DNA of 62,704 nt, counting the filler. It is 6 parts of 6 records of this genome, joined end to end, with 100 filler letters (N's around TTAATTAATTAA, not from the genome) between each part and the next. Parts side by side here need not be neighbours in the genome. Positions count along the whole stretch, not along the records: positions 38,497 to 57,212 come from SRR20825019_1225; positions 57,313 to 62,704 come from SRR20825019_1248; 4 more parts are not named here. One strand, given 5' to 3'. This document shows positions 56,330-62,704 of the stretch, piece by piece. Each line of letters opens with the position of its first letter. Positions within the stretch are counted from its first letter, which is position 1. The position numbers and the translations under genes were made by a program. Under the pieces are notes generated by a model that had not been told where the DNA came from, ran no database searches, and saw only the letters and a program-made list of their open reading frames with translations.

Positions 56330-57200
56330 TGCCGGGCCGGGGTGTGAACACGGGCACCCGCGGCTGGTTCCCGGCGTTGGACCGGCCCGCCGGAGGCCGG
56401 CCATGCCGTGCCGGCCTGGCCCGGTTCATGGACAACAATCAGGACCTTCAAACTGAAACTAGCCACCGCGATGGGCCCGCGTGGGGCCGCCACCCACCGC
56501 ATCATCAGTCATACCCGGCGTACTACCGAGTACCGTAAAATCGGCGATGCTTCCCAAATTCCTACGTCAGTCTCATAATCGGCCTGACGGGGAGCCCGCC
56601 CCGCTCCTCAGTTCACCCAAAGTCACTCGGAAGATTCTTTGGTGGGATTTTCGGTCAGATTTCCGATTTCCGACCAAACCATTTCCCCTCAAGCCTCTAC
56701 TTATGTTAACACTTAGGAGCCTCCGCGACGGCTGCTGTCACTGGCAGCGTCACTCCTAACAACCTTTGAGTGCGGGCCGCTGGGCCCGGGGGGTGGCGGG
56801 GTGCGACCAACAACGATGGCAGCCGTAGAGGCTTCTTCAGCACACAGATGTAACCTTGACTTGAAGTGGTGCCGGGCCCGTAGGGAACTCTTGTTACACT
56901 CTCAATGGTGACCGGATGATCTGGCTTCAACTGAGAGAACGTGCCGAGTCGAGGGCCGGCTTGCGAGATCCGGAAACCGGCGAGCGGCCGTGGCCAACGG
57001 GCCAGGTCGGCGCACTCTCATGATGTAATTGACCCGGGGCCGGGCCGGGCCGGGCTTCGGCGGCATGCGACATCCGGCAACGCCGTGGCCCAACGGGAAA
57101 GGTCGACGCACTCTGTATTGGCATGTCAGGGTTAGTGTTAGTGTCGGACTAGTTGTTTTCACTGTACAAGCGCGAGTCCTTACTTGGCCCGGCTCTCAGG
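56330..57200. promoter_or_regulatory. GC-rich island upstream of the ACT gene
   Basis: Patchy CCGG-rich tracts 5' of the minus-strand ACT gene, same style as the other islands. Confidence 0.45.
56962..57114 (+). repeat. Imperfect direct repeat, two copies (~50-57 nt)
   Basis: 56962-57018 TGCGAGATCCGGAAAC(CGGCGAGCG)GCCGTGGCCAACGGGCCAGGTCGGCGCACTCT versus 57066-57114 TGCGACATCCGGCAACGCCGTGGCCCAACGGGAAAGGTCGACGCACTCT. Confidence 0.75.
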
Positions 57201-57212
57201 AGCTGAAGAAAG

Positions 57213-57312
57213 NNNNNNNNNNNNNNNNNNNNNNNNNNNNNNNNNNNNNNNNNNNNTTAATTAATTAANNNNNNNNNNNNNNNNNNNNNNNNNNNNNNNN
57301 NNNNNNNNNNNN
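57213..57312. other. Artificial contig linker
   Basis: N44-TTAATTAATTAA-N44. Confidence 0.98.
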
Positions 57313-57917
57313 ACCGAGAAGCCCTGACCCAGCGGGTTGCCGACGGCCAGCACCCAGTCGCCCACGCGGGCCTCTTCGGAATTGCCGAAGGGCACGAAGG
57401 GCAGGTCGGCGTCGGCCTCGACCTTCAGAAGGGCGATGTCGGTGGCGGTATCGGTGCCGACCAGCGTCGCGTCCAGACGGCGGCCGTCGAAGAATTCGAC
57501 CTCGATCTCGTCGGCGCCTTCGATGACGTGATTGTTGGTGACGATATAGCCGTCAGCCGAAATGACGAAGCCCGAGCCCAGAGCCTGGCTCTGACGCGGG
57601 CGCGGCTGCTGACGGCCGTTGCGGTTGAAGAAGTCGTTGAAGAAGTCCTGGAAGGGCGCGCCTTCGGGCAGGTTCGGCATGGTCTGGTCGAGGTTCGCGG
57701 CCACGGTCGTCGAGGTGGTGATGTTCACCACCGCCGGGCTGACCTGATCGGCGAGATCGGCGAAGCTGACCGGGCGGTCCTGCGCGTGCAAGGGCAGCGC
57801 CATCGCGGCTGCCAGCAGCATTACACCCAGGATATTCAGCCAGCGCAGAGCGACCCAGCCCCGGGTCGGACGCGCAATTGCCAGGGCGCCCGCGGCGCGT
57901 ACCTGGTGATGCGTCAT
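57313..57917 (-). CDS. degP: DegP/HtrA (Do-family) periplasmic serine protease, N-terminal part
   Basis: Signal peptide, SFADLADQVSPAVVNI, ALGSGFVIS, VTNNHVI (catalytic His), TDIALLKV (catalytic Asp) and VGDWVLAVGNPLG. Confidence 0.92.
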
Positions 57918-58086
57918 GATGATTTCCCCTTGGTCATTCTGAAGTCCCCGGGTTTCCCTCGCCCGGATACGGTCCCGAATTTATGCCCATTGCCGCAGAG
58001 TGCAAACACGCATTCAGGGTTTCAAGCGAAGGTGAAAGCGCCGTGAATGGCCGTGTGCGTTGCGCAACGGGTCCGGGGAGGGGGGA

Positions 58087-58962
58087 TCAGCCGGGCAGGG
58101 ACTGCCACCAGTCGGCGATCTCGGCCAGCGAGGTTTCGGCCTGGGGCAGGGCCTCGAACACCTGGAAATGGTGGCACATGCCGGGGTGGATGCGCAGGGT
58201 GACGCGGCCCCCCGGCCGTGCGGCCAGCGCCCGGGAATCGTCGAGCGTGATGTCGGCGCCGCCTGCGTGGATCAGCAGCGGCGGCAGGCCGTGCAGATCG
58301 GCAAAGAGCGGCGAGACGGCGGGATCGTCCGGCGCGGGGCCGCTGCGGCCGAGGTAGCTGCGCGCCATGGCGGCGAGTTGCGCGGGTTTCGAGAACGGGT
58401 CTTCGGCCGCCAGATCGCGGTAACTCGCGCTGGACAGCGACAGGTCGAGCCAGGGCGAGAGCAGGATCAGCGCCCGGGGCAGGCTCAGGCCCGAGTCCCG
58501 CGCCCGGATCGCGGTGCCGAGCGCCAGCCCACCCCCCGCGGAATCGCCCAGCATCGCCACCGGCGCCTCGCCCGCCGCCTGCAGGGCGCGCAGCACGGCC
58601 AGCGCGTCGTCGCTGGCGGCCGGATAGCGGTGCTCGGGGGCCAGCCGGTAAGCGGGCAGCAGCAGCCGAAGCCCCAGCGCCTGCGCCAGTCGCGCCACCA
58701 GCCCGGCGTGCGAGGCGATGCCGCCGATCTGGAAGCCGCCGCCGTGCAGGTAAAGCCCGGGCTGTGCGGCGGGATCGCCGATCCAGACGGCCTCCCGCCC
58801 CGCGACCACGGCCGGGCGGGGCTGGGCGAGGGCCGCGCCCCGCGGGCCGACCTCGGCCAGGAAGGCCGCGAAATCGGCGCGGATCACGGCGAGGTCCATC
58901 GCCGCCCAGCCCGCCACCCGCGCCGCCAACCCGGCGCGGATCGGGGCCAGCGGGTCGCTCAT
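58087..58962 (-). CDS. Alpha/beta hydrolase, family IV (HSL-like) esterase
   Basis: YLHGGGF, YRLAPEHRYPA, GDSAGG, LLSPWLD, VSPL and GMCHHFQ. Start overlaps the upstream stop (ATGA). Confidence 0.92.
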   Translation of the reverse strand: MSDPLAPIRAGLAARVAGWAAMDLAVIRADFAAFLAEVGPRGAALAQPRPAVVAGREAVWIGDPAAQPGLYLHGGGFQIGGIASHAGLVARLAQALGLRLLLPAYRLAPEHRYPAASDDALAVLRALQAAGEAPVAMLGDSAGGGLALGTAIRARDSGLSLPRALILLSPWLDLSLSSASYRDLAAEDPFSKPAQLAAMARSYLGRSGPAPDDPAVSPLFADLHGLPPLLIHAGGADITLDDSRALAARPGGRVTLRIHPGMCHHFQVFEALPQAETSLAEIADWWQSLPG

Positions 58963-60278
58963 GGCTCGGCCCGGTGCAGGACGCGGACCGCCTTGGCCTC
59001 GTAGCGGGGCAGGGTGCCCTCGGGGTGGCATTCGACGCGGATCGACATGCCGAGGCGGGCATGCACCTCGCGGCAGATCTGTTCCTCGATCTGCGCGGCG
59101 GGGCGGGCGTCGCGGCTGGTGGCCTCGACCGCGACGGTCAGGCTGCCGATCGTCACCCGCTCCTTGTCGATGTAGATCTGCCAGGCTTCCTTGACGACGC
59201 CCTTCACCCCGGTGATCACGTCCTCGATCTGCGAGGGGAAGACCATCACGCCCTTGAACTTGATCATGTCGTCCGAGCGGCCGATGATCCGCCCGATCTT
59301 GCGCATTCCCCGCCGCCCCGAGGGGCAATCGTAGGGCCGGGGCGACAGGCGGACCAGATCGCGGGTCCGCCAGCGCACCACGGGCGAGGCCTGTTTGGCG
59401 ATGGTGGTGATGACGATTTCGCCGACCTCGCCCTCGGAGACCGGTTTCAGCGTCACCGGGTCGAGGATTTCGGTGATGATCGTGTCCTCGTTGAGGAGGT
59501 GCAGTTCGTCATCGGCATGGGTGTAGGGGGTCGAGATGGCCAACACCGGTCCGCCGGCCTCGGTCGTGCCGTAGATGTTGTGCGACTGGAAGCCTTCGGG
59601 CATCTCGGCCTCCAGCTGGGCGCGGAACTCGGCCGAGACGGATTGCCCGCCGAGGATCGCGGTCTTCAGCACCCAGTCGGTTTTTGGGTCGATCCCCTGC
59701 GCGCGGGCCGCCTGCACAAGACTCATCAGCCACAGGGGCGACATGGAGGCCACGTCATAGGCGTGATCCTTCAGCCAGCGCGCCGCCAGATCGCCGCGGC
59801 CGGGGCCGATGGGGAAGCTGGTGCAGCCGAGCTCTCGGAACCCCTGATCCAGCGCCGGGCCGCCGATCCAGAGGCCATAGCCATAGCCCTGATAGGCGCG
59901 GCTCCCGGGCTTGACCCCGGCGGCGGTCAGCAGGCGGGCCATCTGCATGGGCAGCAGCGTCTCGAAATCGGCGCGCGTCATGCCGAACAGGACCGGCAAG
60001 CCGGTGGTGCCCGAGGTGGCGACGAAGCGCAGCACCTCTTCCATCGGCACGGTCAGGAAGGGGAAGGGGTAATGGTCGCGCAGATCCGCCTTTTCCAGAA
60101 AGGGGGTGTTTTCCAGCCCGTCGGGCGCCGCCAGATCCTCGGGCCGCATGCCTGCCTTGGCGAAATGGGCGCGCCAGGTCTCGGATTGCGCCAGATGGCG
60201 GCCGAAACCCGCCAGCCGCTCGCGTTGCAGGGCCAGAATCCCGTCGCGGTCCAGCGATTCGATAGGGGCATGGTGCAT
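58959..60278 (-). CDS. Phenylacetate-CoA ligase (PaaK)-family aryl/acyl-CoA ligase
   Basis: PFLEKADLRDHYPF, ATSGTTG, YGYGLWIGG, NIYGTTE, RWRTRDL, GRSDDMIKFKGVMVFPSQIE and LPRYEAKAVRV. GGAGGAGG RBS before the ATG at 60278. Substrate unknown. Confidence 0.9.
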   Translation of the reverse strand: MHHAPIESLDRDGILALQRERLAGFGRHLAQSETWRAHFAKAGMRPEDLAAPDGLENTPFLEKADLRDHYPFPFLTVPMEEVLRFVATSGTTGLPVLFGMTRADFETLLPMQMARLLTAAGVKPGSRAYQGYGYGLWIGGPALDQGFRELGCTSFPIGPGRGDLAARWLKDHAYDVASMSPLWLMSLVQAARAQGIDPKTDWVLKTAILGGQSVSAEFRAQLEAEMPEGFQSHNIYGTTEAGGPVLAISTPYTHADDELHLLNEDTIITEILDPVTLKPVSEGEVGEIVITTIAKQASPVVRWRTRDLVRLSPRPYDCPSGRRGMRKIGRIIGRSDDMIKFKGVMVFPSQIEDVITGVKGVVKEAWQIYIDKERVTIGSLTVAVEATSRDARPAAQIEEQICREVHARLGMSIRVECHPEGTLPRYEAKAVRVLHRAEP

Positions 60279-60334
60279 CGGTGTCGTCCTCCTCCTCCGG
60301 CGGGACTCGGTCCGCCGTCGCTCTGGGTGTTTAA

Positions 60335-60354
60335 TAGTCCGAACGATTGGACTA
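60335..60354. promoter_or_regulatory. Candidate TetR operator 1
   Basis: Inverted repeat TAGTCC-GAACGATT-GGACTA in the AT-rich divergent gap between the ligase and tetR. Confidence 0.6.
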
Positions 60355-60467
60355 ATCAAATCAAGAATCATCCTGGATACCTCTTTTCCCGCGGGATGCT
60401 GGCGGTTGGCAGCGGGGCCCTGAGCGCTTATACCTCGAACGGACATACTCATTTTCGGAGGCGCCCC

Positions 60468-61073
60468 GTGGCCAGGACCCGATCCGCGGATTACGACAAT
60501 ATCCACGACACGATCATCGACCGCGCCGCCTCGGTCTTTGCCCGGCGCGGTTTTGCCGCCACCTCGATCGGCGATATCGCCGAGGCCTGCGATTGCTCCA
60601 AGTCGCGGCTTTATCATTACTTCGACGGCAAGGAAGCGATCCTGCGCGAGATGCTGGAAACGCATGTCGACTCGCTGCTGGACCGCCTCCGCCCGGTGCT
60701 CTACCGCGAGCTCGATCCCAGGCAGCGTTTCACCCAGATGGTGAAGCTGTTTCTCGAGGTCTATTCCGTTTCGCGCGACCGCCATGTCGTGCTGCTCACC
60801 TGCCTGGACGCCCTGCCCGAAGAGCAGCGGCAGAGCATCGTCGCCAAGGAGCGCCAGCTCATTGCCTATGTGCGCGACGCGCTGCTGCAGATCCGCCCGG
60901 ATATCGCCGAGGACCGGGTGATCTCGCAGATTGATACGATGCTGTTCTTCGGCATGATCAACTTCACCTACACCTGGTACAAGGCCGAGGGTCCGGTCGG
61001 CCCCGAGGAGCTGGCCGAGAGGGTGGTGGCGCTGTTCCTGGGGGGCTATGCCGCGCTGCCGCCGCGAGGCTGA
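60468..61073 (+). CDS. TetR/AcrR-family transcriptional regulator
   Basis: GGAGG RBS then GTG. HTH IIDRAASVFARRGFAATSIGDIAEACDCSKSRLYHYFDGKEAIL. C-terminal FGMINFTYTWY. Confidence 0.93.
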   Translation: MARTRSADYDNIHDTIIDRAASVFARRGFAATSIGDIAEACDCSKSRLYHYFDGKEAILREMLETHVDSLLDRLRPVLYRELDPRQRFTQMVKLFLEVYSVSRDRHVVLLTCLDALPEEQRQSIVAKERQLIAYVRDALLQIRPDIAEDRVISQIDTMLFFGMINFTYTWYKAEGPVGPEELAERVVALFLGGYAALPPRG

Positions 61074-61095
61074 GCGGGGGTTGGTCGAAAATTAG

Positions 61096-61111
61096 TTGAA
61101 CGACCGTTCTA
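61096..61111. promoter_or_regulatory. Candidate TetR operator 2
   Basis: GAACG-AC-CGTTC palindrome in the AT-rich gap upstream of 61163, next to a TATTAT -10-like hexamer. Confidence 0.55.
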
Positions 61112-61162
61112 TCTATTATATCTCCCCCGAGGCGCCATCGTGGCGCGGCAGGGGAGGGAGCC

Positions 61163-62557
61163 ATGGCCAATATCATCCGCATCGGTGCCTGCCTGCCCCG
61201 GCTGAGGCTGGAGCGGCGGGCGATGGCGCAGGCGATGGGCTGGCTGGTGCCGGGCGCGGGCGCCGGGCGGGGCACGCGGACGCTGGCCTTCTGGGACGAG
61301 GACAGCGTGACCCTCGCGGTGGCCGCGGCGCGGGACGCGCTGGGTGGGGACAGCGCAGAAAGCCTGACCTTCGCCACCACGACACCCCCCTTCGCCGAGC
61401 CGCAGAATGCCGCCCTGATCCGTGCCGCGCTGCGCCTGCCCGCGCTGTGTCTGACGCAGGACGCGACCGGCACGCCGCGGGCCACGCTGCTGGCCGTGCA
61501 GGCGGCGCTCGAAGGTACCGCGCCCGCGCTGATCGCCGCTGCCGACCGGCCGGTCGGCCCAGCGGGCAGCACGGCGGAATCGCGGATGGGCGACGGCGGC
61601 GCGGCGGTGCTGACCGGGCCGGGCGCGGGGCTTTTCACCTATCTGGGCGGCGCCAGTATCAGCGCGCCGTTCCTGCACCGGACCCGCGCCAGCGGCGCCG
61701 AGACCGCGCTCGACTGGGAGGAACGCTGGCAGCGCGAGGCGGGCTATCAGGCGCAGGTTCCGCCCGCCATCGCCGCGGCGCTGACCCGGGCGGGGGTGGA
61801 GGCCGGGGCGGTCGATCACCTGATCCTGCCCTGTCCGATCCCGGGCACCGCCGCCACGGTCGCGCGCCTCTCCGGTTTGACCAGGGCCGCGCTGGCCGAG
61901 GATCTGGCCGACCGGACCGGCGACACCGGCGCGGCGCATCCGCTCTTGATGCTGGCCGCCCATCTGCCACGCATCGCGCCGGGGCAGATCGTCGTGCTGG
62001 CGCAATTCGGGCAGGGGGCGACGGCGCTGGTCCTGAAGGCGGGGGCGGGCGTGGCGGATCATCCCGGCCTGCCGGCGCTGGATCACGGCATCCCTGAAAG
62101 CAATTACCTGAAACTCCTGGCCTTTCAGGAGCGGCTGGACTGGGATCGCGGGTTGCGCGGCCGCTTCATCGTGCAGGAGGCGCAGAGCACTGCCTATCGC
62201 AATGCCGAGACGCTGCTGGGTTTCGTCGCCCGGCGCGAGGCGGAGACCGGCCTGATCCGCTTTCCGCCCCGCAACGATATGCCGGGCGAGGATTGGCCGC
62301 TGGCGGATCGCGGCGGGATCGTCGCGACGGCAACGGCCGACCGACTGGCCTATTCCCGCCATCCGCCGAATTGCTACGGGCTGGTGGATCTGCAGGGCGG
62401 CGGGCGGCTGATGATGGATTTCACCGACCCCGAGGCCGCCGATCTGGGGCCCGGCGATCCGGTGCGCTTCGTCTTCCGGGTCAAGGACATCGACGAACAC
62501 AGCGGCTATCGGCGCTATTTCTGGAAAGCCGTGCGCGACACGGGAAGGGGGCTCTGA
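61163..62557 (+). CDS. HMG-CoA-synthase/KAS III-fold protein (catalytically degenerate) fused to a DUF35 OB-fold domain
   Basis: IGACLPRLRL, WDEDSVTLAVAAA, GDGGAAVL, TGDTGAAHPLL and FGQGA. C-terminal OB fold GIVATATAD..YGLVDLQGGGRLMMDFTD..GDPVRFVFR..RRYFWKA. Confidence 0.85.
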   Translation: MANIIRIGACLPRLRLERRAMAQAMGWLVPGAGAGRGTRTLAFWDEDSVTLAVAAARDALGGDSAESLTFATTTPPFAEPQNAALIRAALRLPALCLTQDATGTPRATLLAVQAALEGTAPALIAAADRPVGPAGSTAESRMGDGGAAVLTGPGAGLFTYLGGASISAPFLHRTRASGAETALDWEERWQREAGYQAQVPPAIAAALTRAGVEAGAVDHLILPCPIPGTAATVARLSGLTRAALAEDLADRTGDTGAAHPLLMLAAHLPRIAPGQIVVLAQFGQGATALVLKAGAGVADHPGLPALDHGIPESNYLKLLAFQERLDWDRGLRGRFIVQEAQSTAYRNAETLLGFVARREAETGLIRFPPRNDMPGEDWPLADRGGIVATATADRLAYSRHPPNCYGLVDLQGGGRLMMDFTDPEAADLGPGDPVRFVFRVKDIDEHSGYRRYFWKAVRDTGRGL

Positions 62558-62704
62558 TGGCCAGCGGCATCAAGGACAAGGTGGCGATCCTGTCGATGGG
62601 CTGCTCGCGTTTCGGTGAGCGCTGGGACATCGGCCAGGAAGAGCTGATGCGCGAGGCCTATGCCGAGGCGCTGACCCGGGCCGGGATCGAGGCGCCGGCG
62701 ATCG
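62557..62704 (+). CDS. Thiolase-family (SCP-x/PhlC-like) acetyl-CoA acetyltransferase, N-terminal fragment
   Basis: MASGIKDKVAILSMGCSRFGERWD..EELMREAYAEAL. Translationally coupled to the upstream gene by a TGATG overlap. Confidence 0.85.
   Translation, partial: MASGIKDKVAILSMGCSRFGERWDIGQEELMREAYAEALTRAGIEAPAI

Noticed and set aside
14505-57312. Repeated TTAATTAATTAA flanked by N runs as a biological repeat or CRISPR-like array
   Set aside because: Identical 100-nt artificial linker with six-frame stops. No repeat-spacer array or cas gene is seen anywhere in the window.
58058-58069. Perfect palindrome CGTTGCGCAACG downstream of the esterase as a terminator
   Set aside because: No loop or U-tract, and short palindromes arise by chance in high-GC DNA.
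58022-62500. Long ORFs 58764-61073(+), 58022-59062(-), 58060-59004(+), 61109-62500(-) and 61096-62097(+)
   Set aside because: Shadow frames of high-GC genes. Only the last ~200 aa of 58764-61073 is real (TetR from GTG 60468), and the ligase and esterase ORFs are over-extended at their 5' ends in the track.

Overview
This window is not one locus. It is six unrelated assembly contigs joined by an artificial 100-nt linker (N44-TTAATTAATTAA-N44) at 14505-14604, 20606-20705, 30441-30540, 38397-38496 and 57213-57312. Contigs 1 (1-14504), 3 (20706-30440) and 5 (38497-57212) look like one compact-genome microbial eukaryote, with short (~50-60 nt) GT-AG introns and a very GC-rich island upstream of each gene start. 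They encode an ankyrin/tail-anchor protein, an LPA1-like P-loop kinase, a class 3 lipase, a SANT-like protein, PrimPol, a secreted Cys-repeat protein, a membrane-anchored beta-solenoid protein with phage-fibre-like motifs, SRP receptor beta, DENR, a 65-aa PDCD4/Stm1-motif microprotein, a YTP1-like membrane protein, a giant SPRY/CUB-like protein, a Slo/BK-like channel without the GYG filter, and a bacterial-type ACT protein. Contig 2 (14605-20605) is bacterial, probably Verrucomicrobiota/Opitutae: GT4, ptsI, ispE, pyrF, ispD, ispF. Contig 4 (30541-38396) is an intronless, kinetoplastid-like eukaryote with a giant low-complexity cytochrome-b5-domain protein and a candidate FAM20/Four-jointed-like kinase. 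Contig 6 (57313-62704) is a high-GC alphaproteobacterium (Rhodobacteraceae-like): degP, HSL esterase, PaaK-like CoA ligase, TetR, a catalytically degenerate HMGS-like/OB-fold fusion and a thiolase. The best candidates for undescribed biology are the beta-solenoid surface protein, the PhlABC-like catabolic cluster, the stand-alone ribosome-plug microprotein, the filter-less BK-like channel and the promoter GC-island architecture. All family calls come from motif recognition by eye. No database searches were run, and taxonomic calls are inferences.
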